A stretch of DNA of 64,000 nucleotides from Octopus vulgaris (GCA_951406725.2 OX597815.1:193316001-193380000), one strand, 5' to 3'; shown: positions 27,638-42,082, numbered from the stretch's first letter. The notes: generated by a model from the letters alone, not told the origin. A program made the numbers and translations.

Positions 27638-28165
27638 GTAAGTAAAATACGAACGTTTCTTGCAAGAATTTCTGTTCATTTGCATACCTTTTATCCAAAC
27701 GAGGCTGTGTGATAAGAAGTTTGCTTACCAATCACATGGTTCTGGTTTCAGTTCTACCGCCGCACCTGGGATAAGTGATTTGTACAACAGCCACGTGTTG
27801 ATCAAAGCCATGTGAATGGATTAAGCAGAAGGAAACTGAAAGAACCCCGTCACACACACATACCTACACATATATACATATGAATATACGTGTATGTATA
27901 TGTGTGTATGTGTGTGTGTGTGTGTGTGCGTGTGTGTGTGTGTGGAAGAGAAAGAGAGTATCTATGTCTGTGTTAGTCAACTACCACCAGTTATAACCGA
28001 TGTTGGTGTGTTTACGTTCTCGTACTTTAGCGTTTCGGCACAAAGATGATAAACTAAGTGCCAGCCTTAAAAATAAAATATGTACACGTGTCGATCCGTT
28101 CAACTAAAATTCTTTAAGGCGATGCTCCAGCATGGCCATAGTCTGATGACTGAAACAAATACTAT

Positions 28166-28960
28166 ACACTGCAAAAGCCTTCGGCCAATTTCAATTATTG
28201 TAAATTACTATTAATTGCCAACCTATAGGGGGTGTTTCGCATTGCGCTTTTTGCAGATGAAACATTGGCCTTAAACATTATATTTTGTAGTAGGGGTCTG
28301 AATGAGAGGGAAAGATGTGAGACGACCACCAAAAATGGCCAAGCAAAAGTCTACGGCCACCTCACCTAAACAAATCAAGATACAGTGTTTCAAAACAGAA
28401 AAATGTCTATAATGAACATTTATTATATAATGTTCTTTTCAAGATCTTTTGATATTTCGTATGGCTACTTCTCACCTTGAACCATTGCTTCAATGCACTT
28501 AGGAAGAGATGAGTACAAATCCTTCACCATCTTCCCAGGCATTTGATGTCATTCTCTGTGGCTGATCGCCCACAACACTTCAAGATTGCGTGGATTCTTC
28601 TGACAAACTCTTCTCTTTAGTTCTGTACACATTTGTTCGAAGATATTTAAGACAGGGCTCCAAGCTGGCCAATCTTTCAATATGGCAATACCTTTATCAG
28701 CCAGACTCTGTTATGTTGCACGCAATCTGTGGCATTGTGCACCGTAATGCTGAAAAATCTCACCTTCATTCAAGTCTTTTATAAAATTTCCTGCAGCAAC
28801 TATATGTATTTGGCACTTCCAGTTACCGTCAATTTTAACCACCTTTCTTGAACCATCACATTTTATGTGTCCCCAAAGCATCAGATTCTTACTCCCAAAC
28901 TTCACTGTTTTTGTCAAGTAACGTGGGTCGTTTTCCTTCCTGACAAACTCTGGCTTATTA
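28166..28960 (-). mobile_element. Degraded Tc1-like transposon fragment (duplicate at about 48963-49760; related piece at about 26490-26660)
   Basis: TKTVKFGSKNLMLWG...IFQHYGAQCH. Confidence 0.75.
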
Positions 28961-29107
28961 AAAAGGGAAACGAATCATATATGTACAAGGTGATTGTCTA
29001 TTCCTCATGCATAATCTGACCACCTCATACATACATATATAAATACACACATACATAGATACATACACACACACGCATACATACACTAATAACACACACA
29101 CACACAG

Positions 29108-29142
<35 letters not shown>

Positions 29143-30260
29143 TGGGGCCACCTCCATTAACACACAAATAGTGAGCGGTGTTCCGCAGGGCACTGTTCTG
29201 GGACCACTACTGTTCATAATGGCCCTCTCAGACATGCCCTCAGCCACGCAGAGAGCCAAGTTATGCAGATGATACAAAAGTTTCACAGGCAATACAGAAC
29301 CCTGAGGACACTAAACACCTGCAATGTGAGCTGGACGAAATATACAAGTGGGCTGAAAAGAATAGCATGCAGTTCAATGCTGGAAAGTTTCAAGCTTTAT
29401 ACTATCAGCATGCAAAACTGAATGCAATACCCAATGAATACACTGGACCCGGAGGGATTGCAATCCCAGAGGCACAATCAGTGCGTGACCTGGGTATTCA
29501 CATGAGTGATGACGCGACCTTTCATGTACATGTTGCTAAACTGACAATGAAATGTAGACGGCTGGCTGGATGGATTCTTAGAACCTTTAGAACAAGAGAA
29601 CAAGAAACCATGATGGTCCTCTGGAAGACACTTGTCCTAAGCCACTTTGACTATTGCTCTCAGCTATGGTCACCATCCAGTGTCAAGTTGATCACAGAAC
29701 TTGAGGCGATCCAACGAAGCTACACAAAGAAGATAGCCTCTATGCAGAATGTAAGCTACTGGGAAAGACTCAAGAGATTAAAATTATATTCCCTGGAGCG
29801 TAGGCGGGAAAGATATGCCATAATATACATCTGGAAGATCCTGGAGGGAAGTGTCCTGAACTTTGGCATCGAGAGTTACGCAAATGCCAGAACTGGGCGC
29901 CACTGCGTGGTGCCTAGGACTCCAAACCTGCCATCAAGATGTAGGACAAGATACTGTGATAGCCTGGGCTTCCGAGGCCCACAGCTCTTCAATATCCTCC
30001 CGAAGAACCTGAGAGACCTGCATGGGGTGGATACAGATGTCTTTAAAATGAAGCTGGATCTCTTCCTGTCAGGTGTCCCAGATGAACCAACTTCACGGCA
30101 GGAGGGCAGATGAGGGCAGCTGCATCGAACTCTCTCATGCACCAAATAGCAGCTGCTAGAAAGCCTCCATGAAGTGAAACCAAGTAGCAACAAAAAATGG
30201 CGGTGCCCCAGCATGGCCACAGCTCATAAGCTGAAACTAGAATCAATCAATCAATCAATC
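29143..30260 (+). mobile_element. 5'-truncated CR1/L2-group LINE, present only in unit A, intronic, inserted in (TA)n
   Basis: SGVPQGTVLGP, YADD (frameshifted), RDLG, YCSQLWSP and YWERLKRLKLYSLERRRER motifs; (AATC)n tail. The empty site is at about 49910-49950. Confidence 0.92.
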
Positions 30261-31261
30261 ATATATATATATATAAATGTACATATAAGTAATCCCCCCA
30301 TCCCCCCCAAAAAACGAAGAAAAAGCACAAGAAGAAAAAACTGTGTTTAGATTACATTATCCAATGTGATATTATACAATGTTATTTTTTAAAAAGAGAA
30401 TGTTGTGATTTGAGGAATTTGGCTACTCTTTCAAACAGTCTTATTTATTTCCTTGTGGTTGTGTCATAGACTGTTTGAGGTTCCCTCATGGCGTTGATAC
30501 GCATTTAGTTGATGGAGATTATAGAGGAGAAGCATAATTAAAGGTCCTAAACAAGACCAAACGAACATCATGATTATAAAAGTCGTGAAAATGGTTCTTA
30601 TATTAAGGCTCACCTCTAATGCATGTTTGCTCCATTATGCCTAACAATAACCGTTTCAAGTATTCCAAACACAGCAATCTTGTTTTAACTAATCATTAAT
30701 ATCTGCCAACTCACCATATCATTGTAAATAAGGTTTCTATTAATCCAGTCTACATAAAATATCTTTAACCCCTAAGTAGCAATTGGCTAAGAAGCAGCAT
30801 AGCATTGATCAGCGTTGATAAAACATCTGTTTTTATAAGAGCAATGGTTATGAAACTGACGACATATCACTAAATCACCCCCGGAACCACACACACACTA
30901 CAAAAATATTGGTAGAATTTGTGGTCACACCAGCTCCCCTCTATTCACTCCTTTATTAAGAAGAAATTCTATTGTTCATCCATATAATTCCATATAATTG
31001 CTACGACGCATAAAATATTTAGTTGTATTTTGTCCGTTTTTACGTTCTGAGTTCAGATTCCTCCGGGTCCACTTTGCCTTTCATCCTTTAGGGATACATA
31101 AAATAAGTAATTGTTTGAGTACTGGGATCGATGTAATTCACTTATTCATTCCTCCAAAATTACTGGCCTTGTGACAAAATTAGAAATCAACATATTTGCT
31201 GTTGTTCAGTTTTATTGGCGTGCTTTAAATATGAACTAATTCTTGTCTTTCTATCTTCTAG

Positions 31262-31408
31262 GCAAGTACAATGGCTGAAAATGGAAATTTAGAAGGTGCA
31301 AACAAAGCAAATTCTGTTGCTATGACCTTCATCAAACTATCACTTCTTGGTGGCGTTTTAATATATGTGCTTACAATCATTTTTATATTACGAGGAGCAC
31401 TTAGCTAG
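31262..31408 (+). CDS. CD225 gene copy A, terminal exon (conserved loop and TM helix)
   Basis: Acceptor ttctag|, phase 0. Translates ASTMAENGNLEGANKANSVAMTFIKLSLLGGVLIYVLTIIFILRGALS*, with the G-x-x-x-G-A CD225 loop motif. AATAAA at 31767. Confidence 0.9.
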   Translation, partial: ASTMAENGNLEGANKANSVAMTFIKLSLLGGVLIYVLTIIFILRGALS

Positions 31409-32556
31409 ATTATATATTCTGATCGGTGAAATGTAAGGCTTCCACCTGAAGGCAAGAACCCATAAAGCAGTAAAATTATGAGAGTATACAGATATTCTTG
31501 CACCTCTTGTAGCATTCCTTCACTCCAATTTAAGCACCCACGAAATCAACGGGTAATGATGTTGCATTTTGGCTTTAATTCAATCTTCTTGATCAGGAAT
31601 GGTCAAACTTTAAAATCATTTTATAAATACAGTTGTTAAACAAAGTAAATTTTTTAAATGTTTCCTACTTTTTCAAAATATTCCCTTAAAACCAGTTATT
31701 TGAGAGTTTAAGATTTATATGAGCGCTTAAGCGGTTTAACATAAATTAAACACTAGATACACAAAGAATAAATAGTTATACACATATATTGACAAATATC
31801 GCTATACATGTCAACACAAAATATTAGATAATGGTAGATAGATGCGGCTAAAACTGAAAACTGCATTCAAATATTAACCACAAATGTCGTGGAATATATT
31901 TCTTGTAGCTTTCATTTGTAATTATTTGAATTATTATTAATTTAAATATTTCTTCTTATCATGTCAAACAACGGGAAGTGGAGTTCACAACAAACATTCT
32001 AGTGGCATTTTGCAGACAAGAAAGTAAACCTTCAACGCAGTAAACCTGAAAGGACAGCAGCGGAAGACTGGGTATCTATCTATATAAAACGTAAAAAAAA
32101 ACAACGTTGCTCGCGGGTACCTACAGGACTCGAACACCCACAGGTTAGATATGATCTAACAACAATACCATTTAGCTATGCAGTAACGTGCGATGAAGTA
32201 TCATCAAATGTAAAGCTACTTCGAATGCGATAACATTTTATAAACAAACTTTGGAAGCATTACATGTGGTTGTTATTCTGTAGACCTGAAAATAATGATT
32301 TTATTGTACTATCATCTGTAGAACAATATCTGAAGGAGGTTTCCGTTAATAAAATTCAATATTTCAACTAATGAATATTATAACAAAATAGTAGTTGTTT
32401 AAAATTGTAGATACATCAATAAATCAACCGGTATATTCTATGACGAGTGGCAGCAGCAGTAATAATGACAACAACAATAACTACTACTACTAATACAGCT
32501 GATGTCGCTGCTGCTGCTGCTACCATTGCGACTACTACAACTTCTGCTGACCTCTG

Positions 32557-33063
32557 ACAACAGGAATTAGGTTCCCAGAATCTCAAGTGAAATTAGTTTT
32601 AATTCTGAAGCTCTCTCCCTCTTTGAAAAGGAAATCCGAGCCTTCAAGTAAGTTGGGGCATGTTTGACAGTTTAGGAGTTCACACTTTTAACTGTTGGTT
32701 TCGTGGTTGTTGTGTAAAACTTTGCATTTCTTAGAAGTCTCTTTAGCGATTTCTGTTGCTTTTTGCCTTTGATGAGTTTGTGTGTTTTCAGTGCGTCGTT
32801 CATTTTTGAAGCTGTAGTTAGTAAAAGGAGATTTTGCACAATACTCTTGTATCCTTCACTGTTTCTAGGGTTGTGGGTTGATAAACAGAGTAGTGTTTTG
32901 AGATTAGGAGTGGTCTTATGCTTTGTTGCCATTAGTGCTTTTATGTCAAAATTCTTGGCACGCCTAATTCCCTAGTCTGTAAGTGAGGGTGGATATTGCC
33001 TTTCAGTTAGCGTTGTTTTGAGGTCTTGAAGACGAAGGTCCCGAGTAGTTCTATCAGACACTA
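32557..33063 (-). mobile_element. PLE fragment cut by the duplication breakpoint
   Basis: VSDRTTRDLRLQDLK..GIRRAK..STHNPRN..KSLKRLL. Confidence 0.85.
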
Positions 33064-33872
33064 AAACGTGCCAAAGAACTAGACAACATTATACTGAAAA
33101 CCACCCAACCCAACACACACAATCCCAAAATACTTCCTTACATTTCCACCCACAACCCCAAAAATATCGAAGCATACGCCACAATCATACAAAACCTCAC
33201 TCTACTGTCAATAGACCCAAAAATGAAAAACATTATAAATACACACAAAATCCTGAAATGTAAAAGGCAACATAAATCTTTGAAAAAACTCTTGACAAAT
33301 GCCAAACTTCACGCACCACATCCACCCCCAGCAGTTAAAAAATGTGCACGCCCAAACTGTGGCACCTGCCCCTTCCTACTTCAAGGCTCTGAATTTATCT
33401 TCAAACAAGGAACGAAGTTTAAAATCAAGACCAACTTCTCCTGTTCCTCCGAGAACCTTCTCTGCGTTCTCACATGCACCGGTTGCCAACATAATTATGT
33501 TGGACAAACGAGCCTCCCTTTACGTAAAAGAGTAGCGGTCAATAAAGAACAAATAAATCTCCCAGAATACCGGCAAATTCCACTAAGTAGCCATACAGAT
33601 TTATGCACTAAAGACAAAAATCCCAAATTTTACATATTCTGCTTCTACCAATGTAAAGACGGAATCACCACACAAGAGAGAATTAACAAGGAGAATCTTT
33701 TTATTGAAAAATTCAAAACGCATCTTAATATGCAAACTCCTCGTTGATCATACTTCTTTTTTCTACCTCAATCTTCATTGATGGACTAATACAAATATAT
33801 AAGGATATCATGCAGTCATCATTTCAAGCTAAAACTTATATTCTTTATTTATCATTATTATTATTGTTGTTG

Positions 33873-33936
<64 letters not shown>

Positions 33937-33953
33937 CATTATTATTATTATTA

Positions 33954-34005
<52 letters not shown>

Positions 34006-34650
34006 CATATATGACATAACAATCTGAAATGTAATTATAAATTGGTTTATGTAAATTTACATAATTAGAAAACAATATAAATAAAGTGTTAAAATCTGAA
34101 TGTTAAGTTAGCAAACAATTATATAAAAAAAGATAATGCAAATGAAGCTAAAATGATAATTTTATAATTTAAGGTTTATTAACACCCTTTATTACAAAAA
34201 TTTGATAACCCCAATTGAAGAGATTAAAACCCACAGAGTTGTCTCCACTTACTAACAGGAACTGGGTAACTACTTCCTGTTTTGACATTCATTTAACAGA
34301 CATCCTAAATTAAATTAAACAGCACATGGATTTAATCACATGGATCTCAATCCTCCAAGGTAATTTTTTCAAGAACAATCATTGAACTCGAGATACACAA
34401 GGACTTTACAATGTATCGGTGTACCTATTTTTTAATTTTTGTATATGTTTATTATTATTTTTTTTTAAAAAACAATGTAATTTTCTTTTTTTCCCACTCC
34501 TGAATCAAACATTTTTTTTCTTTTCACCTTACAATTCTTGAAAAGTCACATTGTAACGAAAACCGGTTTGAATTAATATATATATATTTGGTTAATTTTT
34601 CAAAATTTTCCATACACCCATTTTCATTAAAATTTACCTTCAATTTAGCA
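33062..34650 (+). mobile_element. PLE fragment (GIY-YIG plus 3' repeat), duplicate of 8750-10330
   Basis: ORF 33223-33747 contains CARPNCGTCP..NLLCVLTC..NYVGQT. Confidence 0.9.
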
Positions 34651-34687
34651 TTCTGCCTTTTTATAATTTTTCCTTGCCTATATATAT

Positions 34688-34856
<169 letters not shown>

Positions 34857-36140
34857 TAAATAAATGGAGTTGAACGCAGATGCTATTCAAATTCTTTTAC
34901 CTTCGACATATGTTTCGAAGACAACATTGGTTTTATTCCTGGGGTCGATTTGCTCGACTAAAGGCGGTGCTCAAGCATGGCCGCAGTCAAATGACTGAAA
35001 CAAGTAAAAGAGTAAAAGAATATATATAAGGGAGAATTGTAAAAAAAATGTATAAACAGATGATGAGTAAAGCACCGGTACAGTTTCTATTACCTGAGGT
35101 TATCCGTAGATTTATTGTAGTAACTTCGTCGTAGCGGTTGGGATAAAATAAGAGATGGAATGTGTAATAGACTTTACGGCGTACAACACATGTTTCGACC
35201 AGTTCTGTGTCTTTTCAGGTACATCATTAACGAGTCTCAGTAGAGATTTCTTAAGTTGGCTTACGTACCGCTATATGTCTATCAAATTCGAGAATGAGTA
35301 AAATCAGAGAAAAATTAACGAAACGCAAAATATTCAAATGCGAACGTGGAAAGTATACATCCTAGTTTAGAGAAAAATGACGTAATCAGCTTTCGTTGTT
35401 GTAACTGTTAAGAGAACGAAAAAGAAGTAGAAGTTGAAAGGAAGATAATACTTAGAAGAAAGTCTTTTTGGGGGGATCGTGCTTAGACGCATATATACAT
35501 GCAGATATATATATATATCTCGAATTTGATGGATATATAGCGGTACGTAAGCCGCCTGAAGAAATCTCTTGTGAAAAATTTTCATGATGCACCTGAAGAA
35601 ACCCAGAACGGGTCGAAACATGAGTTGTACGCAAGAAAGTCTATTTCACATTCCATCTCCTATTTTATTTATAATATAAATATATATATGGTTATTCAAA
35701 ATGTGACCGCGTGCGTACCGTTGGCGATTTTTTTTCCTTCCGTCTTCCCTTCTCTGGATCTTTCCTTTTCCTATGTTTCTGACGAAGAGCTCCGCTCGAA
35801 ACGTTAGACCCTCCTTCTTCCCTTCCTTCCTGAGCGTCCAATAATAATATATTTGTTCAACGTCCTCGCGTTGTTGTGCTTTCTCTTTGTGTTTTCATGT
35901 TTGGATTAACTTTATATATATATATATATCTATAAACTTTTAACTTTTATATTTATAGTTTGCATCTAATTATTTTTTTGTATAACAGTGCTCACTTAGT
36001 AAGTATTGCTTTCATTATTTTATCACAGTCATAGTCTCTCTTTTTTAATCAAATTTCCCTGGAATTCATTCACAGGTTGAGCAACTAAGAGGCATCATTG
36101 TTCATATTAAAAATAACCTGCATCGAACTCTGTGGTCTAT

Positions 36141-36843
36141 TTAAGTCATGTTAAATAAAATAAACTTCTTTCTTCCATGAACTACTTTCTTCCATGTTAA
36201 CTATAATGAACTTCCGTTCTTCCATCATAAAACATAGACCATAGTTCAAAATTCCTTATGGGCCTAAAATGAATGTAATTTCCAAAGGTAACTACTGGCA
36301 TTCATTTAACTGCACCTCAAAGATACAAAAGAAAAAAGATAATGCCTTTAACTTTTGAACATACAGCTACTCACGTGTAAGCTATCAATGAACTGCTATA
36401 AGCTGACAGGAAAAGTATTTCAAAAACAAAGGTTTTGCTCTCTACAAAGTAAATTTCCCACGTTAGAGACAAAACCTGTCACGCTACTTATATAGTTACT
36501 ACTAAAATCACCCTCAGTTTGCACAGAGAGGAATATTAATACCACTGCAGCTAAGGCGAGTAGGACCACAACATCTGTAGATTTTACCAAGTCAGATCTC
36601 TATCGCTAGCTGCACGAAACAGTGGAGGCTTATAAACGTGGAAGCCAGTAAGTACATACAGTGATTAATTTTCCTAAGTATGTGTTTATGAATTTTCGCA
36701 GGATCTCGCTTTATGTCTTCTTCTTTAATAATAATAATAACACTGCGAATAATGCGACTAGGACCCCAACATTTACGGATTTTACCATTTCAGCCCTCTA
36801 TCGCTAGCTGCACGAAACAATGGAGGTTCACAAATATGGAAGC
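36141..36843 (-). pseudogene. Disabled paralog of the small signal-peptide gene (unit B)
   Basis: Same lesions as 14801-15503, at offset 21340. Confidence 0.6.
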
Positions 36844-38073
36844 CTATAAGTATATATGTTAACGAATTTTCATAAATATATATATATTATTAAATTTTCC
36901 AAAGTATACGTTAATGAATTTTCGTAGGATCTCACTATATATATCCTATTTTATAATTGTTTTTGAAAACACACACCATGTTTGGTGTGTGTTTTCATTT
37001 CTGTCAGTTCACGAATGTTAAAGACTAATATAAACACCCTTAAGGCGGCGAGCTGGCAGAAACGTTAGCGCGCCGGGCGAAATGCTTAGCGGTATTTCGT
37101 CGATCGTTTACGTTCTGAGTTCAAATTCCACCGAGGTCGACTTTGCCTTTCTTCCTTTCGGGCTCGATAAATAAAGTACCAGTTTCGCACTGGGGTCGAT
37201 ATAATCGACTTAATCCGTTTGTCTGTCCTTGTTTGTCCTCTCTTTGTTTAGCCCCTTGTGGGCAGTAAAGAAATAAATATAAACACCCTTGTAATATACG
37301 CTGCACTAACTGAACCGAAGTAATATTTCTGATAAAAATATCTTAAAATCCCCTACGAGCATGTGTGCATGTATATATGTGATCAAATATTTCTCCTACT
37401 ATGCATGTCCGTGCACGCACCCTTCTGTGTAGATGAAATCGAAACGTAAAAAACTGACCTCCATAGCTGTTACCTTAAATTTCAGTTAATTTATATATAT
37501 ACATGCACACGCACATACACATACACACGCACAAACACACACACATGCTCACACACACAGACAGATAGATAGATTGATAGATAGATAGATACATATATAC
37601 ATACATACATACATACATACATACATACATACATACATACATACATACATAAATACAAACATACATACATGGAAATATTTCTTTACATTCTTCTATTCTT
37701 TTACTTGTGTCAGTCCATTTGGTTAAGGTCATGCTGGAGCACCGACTTCAAGAGTTTTACCCCAGATCTTATTCTTTGCTGGCCTAGTACTCATTCCCTT
37801 TTGCCGAACCGCTATGTTTCAGTGATGTAAACACACTAACATCGATTCTCAAGGGATAGTAGTGGGACAAACACAGACACAAATATACACAGACATATGT
37901 ATACATCACGGCTTCTTTCAGTTTCCCTCTACCAAATATATTCACAAGGCTTTTGTCAGACCGATGTTTTAGAAGACGCCTGTTCGTGATGGGAGTAGTA
38001 GGACCGTACCCGGAGCAACCTTCGTACATCACAACCACACCTGCACCCATATATATATATATATATATATATA

Positions 38074-40335
38074 GTTAATCCAAACAAGAAAACACAGAAA
38101 AAAAACACAGCAACGCGAGGACGTGGAACAATTAAAGTATTATTTGACGCTCAGGAAAGAAGGGAAGGAGGGTTTAACGTTTCGAGCGGAAACAAGGAGA
38201 AGGAAATATCCCAAGAAGGGAAGACAGAGGAAAAAAATATTTTAGCTGGTGGTGCTCAAGAGATCACATGTTGAAAGAACATAAGTTGAGAGGTAGACCT
38301 TTGGATTTGATGTCAAGGGTGAAGAGGAGGTGCGAGGGGCTGGAAGGGAAGGAAAAGGAATTGAAGAGACGGAGGGCGTGGTTGGTATCATGTATGTGGG
38401 AAGGGAGGACTTTGACTAAGGGGGACAGGATGCGGTCGAGGTATAGGGAAATGTGTTCAGTTGGGCAATTACAGGCGGAAACGATGGGGTATTGGGCTTA
38501 TGAATTTTGGGACGGAAATAGATGGTGGAGGTGCGGGGTGTGCGGACGATGAGGTTGGTGGCGGTGGGGGGAGAGCAGAAGAGGAGATGAGTTCGCGGAT
38601 AGTGGAGGACACTCGCTGTTGGTAGGAAGAGGTGGGATCAGAGGGGAGGAGGCGATAGAAGAGGGGATTTTGAAGCTGGCTGAGCGCTTCCTCCCTGTAG
38701 AGATCCGCGCGCCACACCACCACTGCTCCGCCTTTGTCCGCCGGTTTGATGACAATGTCATTGCGGCGACGGAGGTGGCGAAGGGCAACCAATTCAGCCT
38801 GTGTGAGGTTGTCTCGGAGAGGTCTTTTTTAAAGTTAAACCGGTTTACCAACGCGTTGCAGTCGTTCACAAACGAGTCTAGGCTACTGAATTGGCCCGGG
38901 GGCGGCGTCCAGTTGGATGGGCGGCGCCCCACCTCCAAAAAGCAATCCTGATTGTCGTGACGTTGCGGAGACGCGTGGAAGAATGCGCAAAGTTTGAGGC
39001 GGCGCAGGAACTGGTTGACGTCCGTCCGAGTCTCGAATTCGTCACAGTGGCGCGTGAGAGGCGTGAAGCGGAGTCCCTTACTGAGGAGAGAGCGCTCGGC
39101 TGCGGAGAGGGGGAGATTGGGGGTATAGTGACAACAGTGAGAGGAAGCGGGGTGGTGGGATGAGTGGGGTCAGGAAGAGGGGGTGCAGAGGTGTAGGGAG
39201 GAGAGTTGGGGTGTTGGGTGAAGTTGGGGTAGGCGTAGAAAGGTCAGGGTGGGGTGTGTGTTGGTCCGTGGAGGGGAAAGGTGGAGGGGTGGAGAGAATC
39301 GGGGGAGCTGGAGGGGAGGATGTGGAGGATGTGGAGGAGAGGGGAGGGGAAGGAGGTGAAGGGTTGAGGAGGTGGTGGAGTTTTTTGTTTTTTGTGTGTG
39401 TGAGGAAATTGTGAAGCTGGTGGTTGAGATTAAGAATGAAGCGGAGAATAGGTTGGGTGAAGAGTGGAGGGCAGAGGGAGGAGAGAAGGAGGTAAGCTTG
39501 GGGAAGTAGGTGGTCAAAGGAGTGAAGGAGAGAGCGGGTGGAACGGATGGTAGCACGGATGAGGAGGCGGGAAGTGCGGGCGAGGGTGGGTTCGATGAAG
39601 GGGGAGGAATAGGGGGTGGCGTGGAACTTCAAGAGGAAGCCACAGGGTGTGACGTGATAGCGGAGGCAACGGCTGAGGGAGGAGAGATGGCTAGAGTGGC
39701 GAGTTTTTTTAAAAAGTATGTGAGAAAGATTTTTGCGGGTTGTAAGCATTGGGGGAGGGGAAGCGAGAAAGCGGCTAAGAAGGGATTGAAGGTGTTGGAC
39801 GAACGAGTGCAAGTCAGGCATGTTGGGAAGTGGTGAATGTGTATGTAGGTGTAAGTGGTGCTGACACAAGTGGAAGAATGGAGGTGGAAGAAGAAAGTTA
39901 AAGAAGGAAAAGTACAGGGAGATAAGTTCAGGAAAAAAGTTCAGGAGAAAGTTAAATAAGAGTCACGGACAGATTCTTTTGATTTCCAATCACGATTTCA
40001 GTGGCGTACTCCGGAAGGATGGTAACTGCAATCCGTAGGTGTAAAAGTCCAGGAATTGGCACCAAGGCGCTCGGTATCCGTGTGAGCGTGCAGTATATAA
40101 AGTTAATCCAAACAAGAAAACACAGAAAAAAACACAGCAACGCGAGGACGTAGAACAATTAAAGTATTATTTGACGCTCAGGAAAGAAGGGAAGGAGGGT
40201 TTAACGTTTCGATCGGAGCTCTTCGTCGGACACAAGGAGAAGGAAAGATCCCAAGAAGGGAAGACAGAGGAAAAAATATTTTAGCTGGTGGTGCTCAAGA
40301 GATCACATGTTGAAAGATCACATGTTGAAAGAACA
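38074..40335 (-). mobile_element. GC-rich PLE, internally deleted and flanked by direct terminal repeats (about 38074-38285 and 40102-40335)
   Basis: ADKGGAVVVW and LPKIHK-like motifs; two copies of the terminal repeat. Confidence 0.85.
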
Positions 40336-40818
40336 TATAGTGGAGGATCGTGGCTTAGTGGTTAGGGTGCCAGCACCATGATCGTTAGACTGTGGTTTCG
40401 ATTCCTGGACCGGGCGACGAGTTGTGTTCTTGAGCAAAACATTTCATTTCGCGTTGTTCCAGTCCACTGGGCTGGCAAAAATTAGTAACGCTGCAATGGA
40501 CTGGCGTCCCGTCCAGCTGGGGAACACATACGCCATAGAAACCGGGAAACCGGGCTCATGAGCCAGGCTAAGCTTTGAAAAAAAGGGCGCATTTATTATA
40601 TATATACATTAAGGATTCAGGTAGAATTGGGTGCCTGAAAAGATATAGACCTTGAGTTAATTTACTTAACTCCTCATTTTCTGATGATGGAATACTTAGA
40701 CGATGGAATCCTTGCTTGACACAACGTTACAATAACTTGGATAATCAAGCAACAGGCATTTGAGACAATGTGAATTGTCCTTGTAAAGTTTTGCCAAACT
40801 TTTTGCTTTTTCAATATA

Positions 40819-42041
40819 TTGGGTTAGCAACTAAGTTCCCACCGTTTTTTTAAATTTAAATTTTTAAACGGTTTAATAAAAAACAACTAATTAATCAATA
40901 ATGTATTCACCCTTGTTGTTTACAACTTCTTCCCAACGTTCAACAAGATTTTCAATATATCGTTGCTAGAAATCCCCCGATTTTGACTTGAAAAATTGAT
41001 CCAACCAAGCTCTCAATTCTGCATCAGTATTGAACGAAACTCTGCGCATAGCATTTGAAAGAGATTTAAACAGGTGGAAATCTGTTGGTACCAAATCAGG
41101 AGAGTACGGTAGGTGTGGTAGCATTTCCCCACCATGCGTTTGAAAGGCTTCCTTGGTCATATTGGCGATATGAAAACGGGCGTTGTCGTGCAGCAGAAGA
41201 ACTCCATGCTGCCGATTGGGTATTTTCTCTTGAATAGCCGTGTTGAGTCGTTCCAGCTGTTGAACATAGTTTGCTTCCGTTCAAGCAATTCGTAATGAAT
41301 AATCCCTTCCCAGTCCCACCATACATACAACATCTCTTTTCGCGGATGAAGATTTTATTTCACGCGCGGTGTCGCTTGTTTACCGGGGCTAAGCCATTCC
41401 TTACACTGCTTCATATTGATGTACAGACACCATCTTTCGTCACCAGTAACGATTCGGTAAAGAAATCGTTGCTTGTGTCCATGAGTTGAGCGGTGACGAG
41501 CAAGCAAACCAGCAGAGAATGTGGCTCGTTATTTTTTGTTGTCACTTAAAGCATGCGGAACCCATGCTCCATACTTCTGAACCTTTCCTATCGAGTGAAG
41601 ATGCTTCTCTATAGCAGTGTGGTAGCATTCCATTTTCTCTGCGAGTTACTTTGTCGTTTGACGAGACTTTTCGTGCAAAAGTTGGTTTAATCGCTCTCCA
41701 TCGAACTCAAATTGGACGGCCAGAACGAGCTGCGTCTTTGAGGTCAAAATTTCAATTTTTGAACTTGGCATACCACTCACTAGCAGTTCTTTCAGCTATG
41801 TCACCCTCTCCATACACAGCTCAAATGTCACAAGTAGCTTTTGCGGCCTTAGAATCTTGATTGAAAGCAAAAAGGAGGTGTCGAACATGCTCGTTTTTCT
41901 TAACTTGACATTCCATTTTAATGATCGGAAAATAAACAAATATTAAATAAAATAAAATAGAAAAAAAAATAGATTCCAAAATTTAAAAACGCAAAAAAAT
42001 CAAAAATTTAAAAAAACGCGAGAACTTAGTTGCGAACCTAA
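40819..42041 (-). mobile_element. Mariner transposon (duplicate of 18931-20153)
   Basis: TIRs with TA flanks; YSPDLVPTD motif. Confidence 0.92.
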
Positions 42042-42082
42042 TATATAAATACACACACATACACACATATATATATATACAT

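Noticed and set aside
32110-32190. tRNA-like sequence on the - strand (also at about 51790-51870), and the tRNA-like heads at 18453 and 52121
   Set aside because: No complete cloverleaf. These are better explained as SINE heads or decayed tRNA-derived repeats.
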